Assembly: GCF_001949145.1 (NCBI RefSeq) | Contig: NW_019091361.1 | Coordinates: forward strand, 4,016,148 to 4,080,147 | Direction of reading: 5' to 3' | Source of the DNA: Acanthaster planci | Taxonomy: Eukaryota | Length of the DNA stretch: 64,000 nt | In this document: one piece after another, positions 14,701-29,700 of the stretch | Layout: each line of letters starts with the position of its first letter | Numbering within the stretch: position 1 is the first letter of the stretch | Made by a program: the position numbers and the translations under genes | Notes under the pieces: model-generated | Seen by the model: the letters and a program-made list of their open reading frames with translations, nothing else | Database searches by the model: none | Told to the model about the DNA's origin: nothing

Positions 14701-17700
14701 CTGTCAATGCTGTTTCTCATTGGGTAATTTGTGCCCAATGGTGGTCCAATAAATGACCGCAACATTGAATGGAGGAGAGGGGGGATCTTTTCACCGTGCT
14801 TCCTACAAGGTGTTCCAACTATATTGTCCAGGATTGTAAATGGTGGGTTTGCATGGCTGCCATCTTTTGGGCTTGTGCTTTTGTTTCACTAGGTATACCG
14901 GAACATGTACACTAATAAGGCTTCCCTATGGAACATTAGAACTGACTTGTAAGATGGCAACCACGCAAAGCCTCTATAGATACGCGTAGGTTGTCCGGTT
15001 ATTTCCTCTCCATTCCGTCCTTTTTGCAATCGTTTGTTCAACTCAAACTGAACCTGATTTGCCTTACAACCTGCAAAAGGCTAGTACATGTATAAATTGA
15101 CCCCAACTACCGTTAACACTCGGTCAGCCAGCGTCAATGCTTTTTGGCCAATTAAGTCAGTCCGAAGACAGCTCATTTCTTTGCTCAGGCGATGGTCCCT
15201 GTGTACTTTGACGCTGTGTCTGCCGCTTAACTGTAACGCGATCGCCTTGAGCACATTTATCGCGGGGGAAATTTGATCAAGGAAGATGGGCGACTTTTCG
15301 TGGCTGCCCCAACAAGATTGTCTGGTGTTGTGCCCATATCATATTGCAAGGGCAATTTGCATTGGAGAAAGCAAGCACCCTTTTTGTGATTGCTCTGGCA
15401 ATCAGAGGTGACCAATGTACATGTACAGCTAGGAACTTTACAACTGTTTCATGCATGGAATGAATGGTACATGTACATGTAATATCCCTTATTGAGCTGT
15501 AAAGTTTATGAGTTTTTGCCAAATCCAAGACGAGAAATTGTTTGTTTGTCTTTATAGTGGGACACTTTCCAAGGTGTGGCACAAAGGCCCGCTTCTGGAT
15601 TCTACCGTATACACCTGCACAGAAACACTGTCAGTTGATGTTGTACCACACATGTATACATACAGCTGACATACATGCACATGTACATGTACATGTAATT
15701 CCCGTACTGAAATGGTAACCTGACACTTACACGTACATGTACCGGTATCAACCAATTAAATATTTTATCACATCTCTGCTTGAAATGATGTTGAAGTTAC
15801 TGAAGTCTATGATTGGGTAGTGCGTGTGAGGTCGCATAAAATTTGCATACTCACATTTATCAACACACGAGTATGTTTCGGAGGCCGCTGCATGTACCAC
15901 TTGAACAATTACCTGTACATATATGATGACTCTCGGAATACCACAAAATGTTGCAAGAGGTGGATCATCCAGGTCTTGGTTGGGGAGGGGGCATAAATGT
16001 AAATTTTTCCAGTCCGCCAAGGCATGTTTACTCTGCTTTGGTTTCAGTACTGCAACTACTGGTACATGTATATTGTTAGTTGCAGGTGCATCGGGGCTAA
16101 TAGACACTGATGATAAGCCCCCCTAGTGATAATATACAGTATCTGAAAGTCCCTGTGTTAAGTCTTGAAGCTCTAAGAGTTGTGGTTTGTTGCAGCTTTG
16201 AACTGTTTACTCGCGCATGAACTTGCAGTATAAAGTGTGATTGAATGGTGATACATGTAGATTAGTCATACATGTACGTTTTGTACATTTTGTACTGTGC
16301 ATTTATAAAAGAATTCGTGTTTTAAAGCACGAGTATAACACACGCCACTTATTTCTACATGTACCATGATTAACATTCACTTTCCCTTTAGGTGCATGAT
16401 TACATGTACATGCCTGTATTTGTGTGCAACAACCTAATGTACATGTACATGTATGTACATACCGGTACTGCATGCATATGTACACGTACATGTACATGTA
16501 TATAAGGCAATGAATTATCCTTGCCGTCAAAATGCTATTGTTCGATAACATATTGATCAATATCTGTCTCCTGTACCGTACACGGCACCGTTGGCGGACA
16601 ACTCAAGTGCAAAGAAATCTGTCGCCTCAATTTTGCCTGTGGTGCATTACAAGATGTATGGTGTATGCAGTGCGGCGTCCCCCATTTCGTGTTTGGCTGG
16701 GATATATATGCCTAGAAGGGGGAGCTAGGGTCTAACCATCTGACAGTTTGCCGTTAGCCCAGAAAGCCAGAAATCAGAAATGGAAATTGCGACACCTTTT
16801 CACTGATGCTTGCATATTGTATTGCACTTGTAAGAGTTATTAACACTGTGTTTTTGGGGGTGTGGTTTGCTTTTGTTTTGGGGGAGGGGGTTGATTTATT
16901 TTCTTGGGCACATTTGAGATTTAAATGTACGTGTAAACACAAGTTTTGTTTCGCACAAATGATATTTCCCCTTCAATTGATCAGGATGTTTCGTAGTATG
17001 TTCATTTCTCCATGTCATCTTGTCAGACTTTGTAACTCCATTTTCCACACAGTGCGGGTGATGATGTTGAAGTTTGGCCCCAGCTGTGCTGAGACTATAG
17101 AGAAATCACTTTAGAAAAATATATTTAGGTTACGAAGGATTGGATGAACGTTGTACCTCAGCAAGAAGTAGGTTATATCAGCTGACGGGGCAGAAAGCGA
17201 TGTATCAAGATTAATAACAGAGTCTAATTGGATTAATGAGCCTGACATTGTGCTGGCCTCTCAGCCATCCCATTTGCAATGTAGGACAGGACTTCACATT
17301 GCCCTAGCTTAAGAGTTGGATGTTAAATAATGGAAAATCAGTTAATACAAGACTGAAGTATAAATATTAACTCTACCTGTACACGGCACTTACCGATAGC
17401 TGTCAGTTCTTAACTTGATGAGTTTTGAAATGGACAAATATTAACTGTGGTTTGAATTTGCTAAAGAGAAATTGCTCTACCCACACTCAAGAGTATGCTC
17501 AATCCCCCGCACATGCCCCCCCACACAAGACATTCAAGACTCCCCCTCTACACATGTACCCAAGTCTTTCCAACTCGAGTTGGAAACACTGCAGCGAGTT
17601 CTTGGGAATATGCCAACAGAAAGCACTTTAGGATTGAGAAAATCAACTTTCTACCAGAAACTAAAAAAAAACCCAGAAAAATACATGTATACATCTACAT

Positions 17701-20700
17701 GTACATGTATAAGTAGAAATTCTTTCAACTTCTAATAACATCAAGTTATTAGGATTCGAAGAATATCCCCCAAATTACAAAATAAATTAATAGACAAAGT
17801 GAAAACTGAAATTAAAGAGAATATAAAAGAAAACACCGCCTTAATCCTTCCTTGAGTTGAAGTGCACCATCACGGGCAAAAAGGAAAACCCCAATGGTGA
17901 GCAGTATTTTAAACTGAGTTCGTTAACATGCCCGGCACACATTTGAAGACGATACATTTCAAAATAAATTGGTTACGTGCTATCCAGCACTCTGTGCCAA
18001 ACATGTACATGAACAAACCTAACATACATATACATTGTACATGTACACGCTCATGCAGCAAGTTTCTGTTAGAGTCCAATTGTTTCCAAGTTCAAAGACA
18101 CACCCTCGCTTGTACGTATAATACTGGTATGAACACTGTCATATGTGAGCATGTCCAACATGTACAGCTTAAAGTGCTCTAAGTTTCGGGCAAAGATGTT
18201 GGTTTTGGATCGGTGGACTCTGTGGAGAAATATGGTGATCACCCTGAGAGTCCAGGTGATGAGATGCAGGTACAGGTATTTCATTGTACATGTGCACAGT
18301 GCAAATGACCTGCAGAATATGTAATTGGCCTTGCATGAAGGCTTATCTCTTGAGATGTACACCATGAAATCAACAAGTCGTTTTAATAAGCTTCTGGGCT
18401 GCAGTTTCAAGACAGATTAGACAGATTAGGGACACTAAAGCAGGAAATCAGATCCCTGTAGTCCCGAGTATTTCCCGTGTATTGCTTGTGGATATTATGC
18501 GCACCCCTTTCCTTTCATTCCTCAAGTAAACTATTATATACATGTATGTACATGTACCCAGCATGACCCCCTTCCGTGCAGACTCAATTTCCGCCCATTT
18601 ATACTTCCCCCTTTCTTTCATTGGCCTGCATGTCCCTACGTCTTTATATGCAGCTGGGCGTCAATTTTACGCGTGGCAGCCGGCCCGGGCGGGCTGCGTC
18701 CCGCTCTGTGTAAACCAATCAATTGTGCTATGTTTGCCAAATAATGACGGCTGATCTCTATTGCCATTCGCTCGACTCATGAAGGACCCGGGAACCTCGA
18801 GTGCTTCCTCTGCTGTTTGTTCTCGAGCCACAGCTGCGGTGATTAGATCAGTCCCAACCTCATCTATCTCTTTTTCTGTTACCTGACTTCTTTAATGAAA
18901 AGAAAAAAAACCCTAAATGCAGCACCGCTCAAGTCCGTTTTCTCCATTGACTCTATAATTCCACCGTTGTATGCCCAGGCAGGCTCTCACATGCTCTTGT
19001 GCAACACTCGCGCATGCACTTGTATGTGTATCTAGTTGACGGCAAAGGTTAAATTTGGAGTGATTGGCTCCTGATTGTCTCGGGCAGGAACGAGGCAGTC
19101 GTTATCCAATGATAGGCCATTTTCACCTGACAGCAGTGGAATTGAAACTCTATAGTTGTCCCTTTTCTGTACCTATTAACACTTTTCATCTCATTCTGTG
19201 GCCCATCAGCTACTGGTGCATGGACTAACTTGCGTGGCTGTGTGTTCCCACTCGAGTTAACTTGTGGAGTTTCTTAATTCTCACTGTTACATTCTCAGAA
19301 AAGCACTCAGCGTGCATCATGTCTGTGCGCTGCAGAGCCCGGGTGGGGGGGGTGTAACGTACATCCTAATGCCGAGGTCAGCAGTGTCTTTTCCCTTGGA
19401 GTATTGTTGGTCAGTGCTCTCCTGGAACAGCTGAAACTCNNNNNNNNNNNNNNNNNNNNNNNNNNNNNNNNNNNNNNNNNNNNNNNNNNNNNNNNNNNNN
19501 NNNNNNNNNNNNNNNNNNNNNNNNNNNNNNNNNNNNNNNNNNNNNNNNNNNNNNNNNNNNNNNNNNNNNNNNNNNNNNNNNNNNNNNNNNNNNNNNNNNN
19601 NNNNNNNNNNNNNNNNNNNNNNNNNNNNNNNNNNNNNNNNNNNNNNNNNNNNNNNNNNNNNNNNNNNNNNNNNNNNNNNNNNNNNNNNNNNNNNNNNNNN
19701 NNNNNNNNNNNATATAGCTGAAACTCTGTTGATCAGTTCACTGCAGTTGGTACATGTGCATCTTATTCACATGCATTAAAGTTCATTTTTATCCCTTGTG
19801 ATAATAAGACTAAGAAGTGCTTGGGAAGAGTCCGGTACATGTACCTTACATGTACCATACATGTACCATACATGTACAATGTACATTTCCCTGTATGGTG
19901 CATATACAGGTTGTTGGGTGGAGGCCTGTAGAAACCTACATGTACATCTACATGAAGATCAACACATACTTAAATTTCCTATGTGTAAAATGTTCCCTTT
20001 TTTGGAAGACGGAATGTGCCATATTGGTTCATCTGCACAGCCTGACAAATTGTGGAAGATTAAAGCAAATGAAAGGATGGGGAAATACATGTAACATACA
20101 TGTACTTGTATACCGGTATGTAACCCAACAGAATTCGTACGTACTGTACATACATGTATACACATCATGTACATGTAGCTTGAACAAACTAAAGAATGAG
20201 AGTATGCTGCAGACTACAGGTACCGGTCATTATGGTACCGTACGCTAGCTCATCCATGGATGTGCATTACTACTGTACATGTACATACTTCTGCAGAGGC
20301 TTTGCGTGGTAGCCATCTGGCAGGGCAGCTCTTTTGTTCCTCAGGGAAACCTCCGTTGTGCATACCCTGTGGAACAAAAGCACTTGCTGGCCTGCAAGAC
20401 GGCAACCATGCAAATCCTCTGTTGAAGAGAAAGTTACACAGTGCATTGACCTTTCAAGAAAGTGCTGTTTTATTTTGATGAGCCTACATGTATTTGTTTC
20501 TTTCCTTCTTTCCTCCCCCATGCAGGCCAAGGAGATACCAGTTGGGCGGAATCGTCGCCACAGTGTGCCGCACTTCCGCAACACCAACATGTTTCGTCAT
20601 GGGGCGTTGCAGTTAATGCTGCACACCATTGACCCACTGAGTGAAAGTAGGTGTACATGTCATGCCTGCTTGCTGTGCAGGGAGCATGCACTGGCTTTTT

Positions 20701-23700
20701 GATGGTTTCGGAAATGGAATTTATTCTAATTTGAAGTGGATTCCCTCCCCCCCGAAAGAAATCTTTTAAACTTTTAAAATGCATGGATGTGAGATTTTGC
20801 AGGGTGATTTCGAGGGAATAAACTAGCAAAGGAAACTCTTACAGCGGTCTTCAGCTAGAACATTGCAGACCAAAAATGCCAATTTGCACAACATGCGGGA
20901 TACCAGTGCATGTACACTTGGGCTGTCTTAACCAGTAACTGTTTTGGTTGTTGGTCTCTGGTAGGGCATTTTGGCAAACCTTTCTTTTCTTGGCATGCAG
21001 CCATTTCTATTGCATGTGATGGCAGGAACATTTTGGGGGTTCATGATTGAAGGCCAAAAGGGATCCACTGTAATACATACTCTGTACATGTACATGTACT
21101 CATTAGAACTACATGTACTTGGAGGTTATTAGAGATTAATGCTTGATGTGGATGCTTGTGTCTATGGATCATTTTTTTCAGTTGTGAATTCAGTACTCAT
21201 TTAAGAGACCTTTTTTTTCCCCATAATGGAAGCATTGTGATCACAGTTTTCACAGACAGTCATAGTTTGGCCCACAAAAACGGGCCAGGACATTTTATTT
21301 GAAGAGGGCTTTTGGTTATTATAGGCCTCCCCCAGCTGGCTGAATGTCAGAGTAGGAAGGGTATAGATTTCCCTCTTATCGCCTGATAAGGGCGTGTTTG
21401 CGGGGGAAGTGCGCTATCGTATTGCTGTCTAGAATATCACTGAATTGATTGCGATTGATGGAAGTTGGCTAACCTCTTTTGGGTCACAGTCCACTGAACC
21501 AGCGGGGAGACTGCATCAGTAGTCTGTCGTAGGATCTCATCATCTGATGTGAAAGTTGAATGAACAGTCTGCCTGAAGACTGCAATCTCTTTTGCATCAT
21601 AAACCCCAGTGGCAGGCTGGCAGCTTGTACAATGTATGCAACCTTTAATGCACAGCTGCAGTGCATTGAACCAGCCCGTACACTACACCCTGCGATACTC
21701 GATGCTGATTGACTTCCTTGACAGTCTGCTTGGAAAGCAGTTGTTCAAAACCTGTCAAACTCTTAGCGAAGTAAGGCACGTGTTAGTGATGCAAACTGTG
21801 TATGCATGCCCTAGGATTTAGTAAGGGAAAATTGAATGTGCCTGTGTTTGCAAATATCATAAAGATTTCACAGACAGAACTGGACTCATGCAGGAGTGAA
21901 CAAAGAAAATGATGACAGCATGTATACGGTGTATGTACATGTAGGAACATTTGTAGAATCTTATTTAACATGAAGAGTATACTTACTGTACATGCACAAT
22001 GGTGCATGTACATTGATAAAACACCTTACTATAGAGTATCAAAGAGTGACATTATTTAGAACCAGGAGTTGCTGGACAAATCAGTGAAGTATGCAAGCAT
22101 GTTCATGCTAGTTCTCTCTCTTTTTCCCACATAATTGTTTGCGTGATGTATTCACTTTGGTACTTTATAATAATGAGAATTTACATGGTGGTTTTCAATT
22201 TTTTGCTGCAGCTATCGTCCAAGAAAAAGCTGTACAGATGCGGGCCATAGCCAAGCGCGAAAACGGCACCATTTCACCGAGTGAGGCGGCCGTCGTCAGT
22301 GCCAACGGCACGGCCAACGGTCATCACCCCCAGAATGGCCAACATCAACAGCAGCAGCAGAAACTTCATCACCATCCAGAGGGTGACCTAGCAGCATCCG
22401 GCTGGACCGACCAGGACCGGACCTCGTCCTCCCGCGAGTGCATCATCAGTGCCGAGCATCTGTCGGAGGACGTGGGGCCAGGCCAGATCCGTACCATCTC
22501 CCACCCTAACATCCCCGAGGAGGCGGGGGTGGACTCGCCTGTGGCCAGCGAGCAGAGGAATATCTCAGTGGACATGCAGACACAGTCCACGCTGGTGGAC
22601 GATGCCAGCCAATCTCCATCACAGGTGAATTTTTAATTTCTGAGTGCCTAACCATGGAAGAGGAAAGAACTGCCAATTTTTGATACATAGATTAACATCA
22701 CAAATATTGGTCTGCAACCGAATCATTTAAAACAGTATTTGTACGATATTTCATACTGCAACCTCATATCGTTCAACACTCTGGGACATATCCATATCCA
22801 TGGAGTGATTTTGCTACCACTAGAGGCTGTGTCGCAGTGCAGCCAAGTTTAGATTCAGTACATGGTCTTCTCAGGGGGGGGAAACAGTTTATACATCAGC
22901 CAGAGGTGAGTCAATGTACCGGTAACCTTGACGTTTGAACCTGTTACCTGTGTCTGAGTGTACAGGTTGTCACTTCTTGTCTTACATGTACACATCCTTC
23001 AGTGCAAAGTGGTCAATGAATCTTTTGTTTGGACCCCATAACCACCGTCAAATTTTCCCTTGACGCCTTGCTGGATGTAACGAAATCCAACAACATCTGG
23101 TCAGGCAGCATGCATAAATCGTACATGTACATCCAACAGATTTAAACAGTTTCTTCATGTGTACATGTACATTGTGTATTGGAAATTGAATAAAGTCCAA
23201 TTGGAATTACCCACTGTTGGAATTTTGTGAGTTTTAGCATGGTTTGGTTCGAATGTCATAGTCTTTGGTGATGTTTTGACAACTGCTGAAATGTGTGGTA
23301 AAGCAGCACTGGTAGTTACCGTAATTTCTGTTATCCCACAAAAGAAATTGAATACCAAATTGAAAGGAGGGCCTAACTCCAACAAACCCTTTTTTGAGTT
23401 CATATAAGGAGTTACAAAGGACCTCAGTTAACTCTCCTTCGCCAAGATGGTAGAGTTGGGCTTTTCTTTAAATGAGGTATTCCGTTTTCTGCACTATTTA
23501 TTAGATTGCTCACATGTACATGTACATGTAAATGTACTACATCCCCAGGTTTAGCAAACAAAGACATCACAGCCAGCCTGATGTTATAATGTAATGATGT
23601 ACCGTAGATGAACTAAAATTTTGCAGGCATACATGTATAAGACGGACGGCCATGATCAAGGGAATGATTTTTTTCTGGGGGCTGGAATGAAGACCAGTGT

Positions 23701-26700
23701 TTGGCCATTTAAATGTATATAATTCAGTGAAAAGTATGAGACCTCAGAAGTACATGTACCGAACATGTAGTTCATATGCTGGTACCTACATGTATAGTAC
23801 AGTACGCCTTGTCAGTGTGCAACACGAGATCTGTAATGAAAGTATTTTTCCACAGAATTATTGAGTATGTGCAATATTTACAAGCTTTGTTCCTTTTATG
23901 AAGGTTTAGAAGCAATAGATAGGAGAAATAGTGGCTTTTGAATTACCGGTACGCATAAAATGTCTCTTTTTGAAGTAACAGCCACTGGCTACTTGTATTT
24001 TCAGGCTCCGTTATCAGTGTCACTTTATCTAGACTTGCCAGTATCTTTTCCTAAGAAAAAAAATTCTATGCAAGCACTGTGCGTCATCAGAGACACACCC
24101 TGTGGCCCAATCATGGGTTTTCATTAAGGATCAATGTTAATTTGTACATGTACATGTAGTGAGTCCTCAGAAACCAAGGAAGCCATTATTAAAAAAAATT
24201 CTCTGCACGACTAACTGATGACTGGTCAGCTTAGCCGTCCAGTGCCACTTCCGAGAAGATGACCGGCTGTCACGATTTTGCAATATCTGTTGCCGACCTC
24301 CGGGCATTTCTCAGAATGATTACGTTGCGAGCTTTATATGGGGATCCAAAATGAAACCTTGAGCAGCATTTAAGCTCACACGTAGGCAAACATGCCATTC
24401 GTGAAATAGCGGTATTGCCGCTGTTGATCTGCTTTCAAGGCTGAGAGGACCCTCTCGGCAAAAGGGCTTTTGTGGAAGGACAACCTTGGTGTACATTGGA
24501 TCGGATTGGGAGGTCCCGCAATATGGGACAGTGATATCCCGCTTGCCAAGCTCTCAATTTGATGCATGGGTTGCGAAGAGCATGTATTGCTGGCACGAGG
24601 CAGTAATGGGATATGGTACATGTACTTGTACGCTGCAGTACATGAGTTGGTGCAGAGGAAAATGGCAGGACTGAAATCTGGGGAAAAAAAAAACTGTGCC
24701 GAGCGAAACAGAAAGATTGACAAACACAAACAAAATGACGAGTGGTTAAAGCCTTGAGCTGGAGCAGTTGAACCCTTTAAGTTAAATATCCATGTACAGT
24801 GTACATGAAACATGTACATGTATACACAGGGTTTTTACTGATGCTGTGTTGCGCATGTGCCTGCAGTTCTAATATTTTCTGTATACATGTACATGTACCA
24901 GGTAGTTAAGCTTTTCACATGACAGGGAGAATCAAAACAGGGTCAAGATGGAAGAAATCTGCTCTGAGCGGAACAAAAGAGGTTGTTTTTTTGTATGTGA
25001 CTTTTATGCGGAGCAGGCTGAGTACGCGTAACTAAGTTATTCCGGCTTGTATGGTCTTTGTGTGCACGCAGAACGCATGCAAGAACCCACTTGTAACCAC
25101 CTGTTTTTCTTTTGCCGATTTGGGGTGCACTTCAGCTCGGGACAGATTAGAGGCATGTACCCATTCTGAGCGTACATGTACATTTGGAGTTTAACAGAAA
25201 ACTTCAAGGCTATCAGAATCCAGCATGCAACCCGGGTGCTGGGTGTACTTGAGAGACTTACATGTATATGTACATGTGTGCACAGTATAGAAAGATTATG
25301 ATGACAGTCGCTCAACGGCTTGACCACGTTTAAATACATGTATGCACCGGTATTCATTGTTTCACGCTTAATGTCGTCATTGTACAGTGCATTTAAACAT
25401 ATCTACAGCATATGAAATTCGCACTTTATAAATGAATAAATTATTATAATGATTAAGAACGTGAAATTGTTGTAGTGTAGCTTTTTCTCCCAAATCACTA
25501 TACCAGTTTTGGACGCATGGGATATTTGGCTATCTGTTCCGCATGCAAACAGAGAGATGATGTGCTTCTATAGGGCAATGAGGAGCCTTGGGTGTGAACT
25601 CTTGGTGCACATTTGGCTTGGTATATGGTTATGTTAACGGTTGCGTGCACACAGAGATTTCTGTTGTTACTTGTATGGCACTAAGTTTAAACAATTTATG
25701 TCTACCAGTACCTGTACGGATGTACCAGTACATGTACCTCCAAGCTCAGCATGCCTACCGGTAATTTGGCTATGCTTATGCTGCTTACAGTGTCCATGAA
25801 ATACGCTGAGCTTCTGAAATTGTTTGCTAAGCAGCGCCATGAAATTGGGCCCAGGGCAGGCAGATCTGCCAGGGCAGATACGTGTATCTTAGAATGCTGA
25901 GGTAAGGGCAAGGATGTTTGACTAACTGGAATTTACATGTACCGGTAGAGAGATTAAAAACGATGCTGTCATCTTGTAGCAATACCTTGATATTCAAATG
26001 AGAGGGTGAAAAACCTCATGGGGCATGTACCGTACGTCATGCACAGGCGTACGGTACACTCTGTGTTGGTTCTTAAGGTTTGGCTTCTTCATTAATATCT
26101 CTTTGACCAGCCGAACATTGTACACTCTTTATGAAATGTTGAATGTACATGTACATGCATATCTGGAAATTTAAGACATGCTTTTTGTTGAAATGATAGG
26201 AGTGGTATTTCAGTTACCAGCTAACGTACACTGTATATGCACCAGTATCAGGCACTCGTAACAGGTACCCGGTACCTTTAGATATCTCTGGTACTGGCAT
26301 ACTATATTTAACAGAAATACACGCTACATGTATGTACAATGTACATGTACATCTCTCTCTGTTTTTTAGCAAAAATTCTAAGCCCAATATACAGATTTAC
26401 AGTCGCTTGTGAAGCTTCGGTTCATAGTGATCATGGGTTTGTATTTATTTTGAAGGAACATTCCACCAACCGGTATCTCCTTGTTTTTCTTGTTCGTGTA
26501 CATGTCGCTGGTTTGAGTAAATCTTTACATGTTTACACATGTATACAGTACATCATCCTGTGCTTGTACTTGTACCGGTAAACCCTGACATTCATGGTCA
26601 TGCCCTTTTGTAGGTCCGCAGCATTTTGTCATTACGCTGTGGTTTATTTGAAAAAAAAAAAACCTCTCCCCTCGTAAAAAAAGAAATATTTTTATGTTCC

Positions 26701-29700
26701 AGTGTACATGTATGTGCTGTACCTGGAACTACAGCAGTGAGGCATCGTTAAAACTGGTCCAATTTGAACCAAGGGTCTGGGCATTACAATTTCTTTTCCC
26801 TCACGGCAAGAAATGCATCATCAGTTGAAAGTTGGTATCGGTTCCATGCCAGCCTGTACCTCCTGTACGTGTACAGTGTACATCTCCCCCCCCCCCTTTG
26901 CATTATCTCTGCCCTTGCAGTAGCTTAGGACCCAGGATATACAGTATACATTGTACGCTGATATACAGCTCTCCATTTTCATTGCTCCGGCTGTGGGTAT
27001 TGGCCGGCTTCCTCTCTGGCATCAAGTAATCGAGATAGATGAATTTGATCGTGGCACTGTCATAAATTCATAAAGAGGGAGAGCCGGTGGTCTCTGGCAA
27101 GACTGATACTACCGGTACTGGTGGATGATGAAGTCTGTGCCTGCATACAGCCGTGGCATTAGGGAGAACATTGCATATGACCAGAAATGGGATTTTTATT
27201 TTTCTTAGTGGTGCGTGGCCTCGGGGTGGCTTCTGTGTTGTGCAGAAGTTTCCCTAATCCTTCAAACTTCAACACCTAAAACAGTGATTTGATACATGTA
27301 CTTGTAGCACTTCCTTTTTTGTTGTTTGTAATGAACAGTATTTGGACAGGACTTCACAAATATACGGTATGTGGCTGCGTGGGGTGGGGCAGTCATGAAT
27401 TCCATCAAAACACTTCAAAACTTGTGATTATCTCTCCCTGAAATCTTAAGGATGTAGTGTTGACATGGCACAAAGTCGTCAGTTGTGACATACATTTGTA
27501 CATGTACATGTACATGTATGCCTCGGTTCTCTGCAATTAACAATTATATAGACATACCAAGGAGTGAAAACTAAGTGTGTCTTGAACACATAGAAGTTGT
27601 GGGGAGGGGTTGTCTGTGCGCTTACTAGTGCACACTGTCACGTGTGGATGTACATGTAGGTACTTGTGTAGTAGTTGTCTCTTAATTGACGACATTGACA
27701 TGACTACACAGACTACTGGTACGTACTTGTACATGGACATGTACCTCTGCCCGTGCCTCGCCAATCTCCCAGACGCGTTCATAAACATTGCTGGGGAAGT
27801 GCTTTTTGACATTTGGACTCAGCTAAGGTACATGTACATATATAAAGAGAGACACACACCAATAGGCATTGGGCTGAGGCATTTTAAAATTGCATCCAAT
27901 GATAAATCTTGAGTGCTTTTAGAGTGGGGCCTTCATTATACCGGCTGATTTTGATTAGAAAAATATCAGGGAGAGAGGGAAAGGGAAAGGGAAGAGGAAA
28001 CAAGACAAAGCACATTCTCAAAGCCTACATGTATATCCCAGTGGCAAGTCTGGTTCCCCAAGTCTGGTTCCACATACATTTTTCTACTGAGTTCTTTCTT
28101 CAGGATTTTTCATCCGTACATGCATGTACCATGTACCTTTGCCCAGTGCAGGAACACGAGATGGCATGCATATTTTGACATAGGCGTCTCTCTGTAGGAA
28201 AAGACTGCATGCATGTAAACGCGATGAGGACAGCTACATGTACATGTAGTCCAGTCTACTGTGAGCTCTCTGTGAGCTCTCTCTCTCTCTCTCTAGAGCT
28301 ATTTTTTGTCAATGGTCTTATTGACCGTTCCTCTTCCATCACACTTCAGAAATATAGCCCTACATGTATATCAAACCTGAAAATGCCCCCAGAGCTGTTT
28401 TCCAGAGAGGCAGTTACCGGTACTTGTGTGGACCTGGCTTAGTCCACAGAAGGTTCACACTGTGGACCTCTTTTGTTCCTGGGTCCACACAAGGTGCCGG
28501 TACATGTATGTGTACATGTATACTGGTATAGTGTTGGCACACAGGTTCATGCACGTTTGACAAACCGTACATGTACATGTAAATGTGGTACTAGTACACT
28601 GCACTGTACATGTAGGATACACATGTACATGTGCAAATGTATGTCCTGAGCACTATGAGCTGAGCAGTACACATACATGTACATGTACGTGTATGTGTAC
28701 ATGTACGTATATGTACACATACATGTACATGTACAGTACTGTACATGTGTGTCCTGAGCAGTATGAGCTGAGCAGTACACATACATGTGCATGTACCAGT
28801 ATCGTACATGTACATAAACACTGCATGTGCACCAAGTTGAAACTTTCCCTCCAGCCTTGTTTGCTGCATGGTGATCATGGGGAAATTTCCAGTCAGAGGG
28901 TGGACAGAGTAAAATACATGTATATCTGTACATGTACATGTACAGAGTCCACATGATATACATGTACATGTAGCCTTCAATGGAAACTGCATGTAATTTA
29001 TTCGAATGATATTGGATAAATGGAGATCATGATGAAGAGCGAAAAAGAAAATGCATGTTTTTTTCTCTGTGTGTTTCATGAGATGCCCTTTTTGGGTCGG
29101 TAAGCTTCAAATCACTCTTGGCACAGTCAACTGAAGAAAAGTGCTCCATGATTGATAAGAGGGGAATTAAAGCTTGGGATGAACTCCACAAAGTGCTCGG
29201 AGACACAGGGAGACCCACACGTCAGCAAGGCACGAGGGGAGCACAAGAAGAGGGAAGGGATACCGTAACACACTCTGTTGCTGTGTGGCAGCAAGATCCC
29301 TGGAGGACTTGGCTGAAAGATAGACCTCAGAGCAGTCATGCCAGACGGGAAGAAGTGGAGACAGCTGATGGGGGGGAGGGGGGAACAAGTTGGCGTACAC
29401 TGTAGGCTTGGCTTGAGGTGCCTGTCACAAACATGCCATACAATGCTGCCAGGTTGTAAAACTTAAATAGTTGACATGTACGTGTAAGTATTTGAGAGTT
29501 TTCATCTACACAAATCCTTGTTTGTGTAGTTATTAGAATCTGCTATGTCGTCAAGCCAGGATTTACACAATTTTCTGAATTAATTGAAACTAATTCATGT
29601 ACATGTGTGTGTAAAATCATTTTATCTTAGTACAGTGTTCATGTATTACATTTTTAGTACACGTTCAATGTTGTACATGCATGTACTGTGCTCGTACATG

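Noticed and set aside
29118..29405. Purine-rich ORF, possible exon or LINE remnant
   Set aside because: No convincing splice sites or NCKX similarity; LINE resemblance too weak to call.
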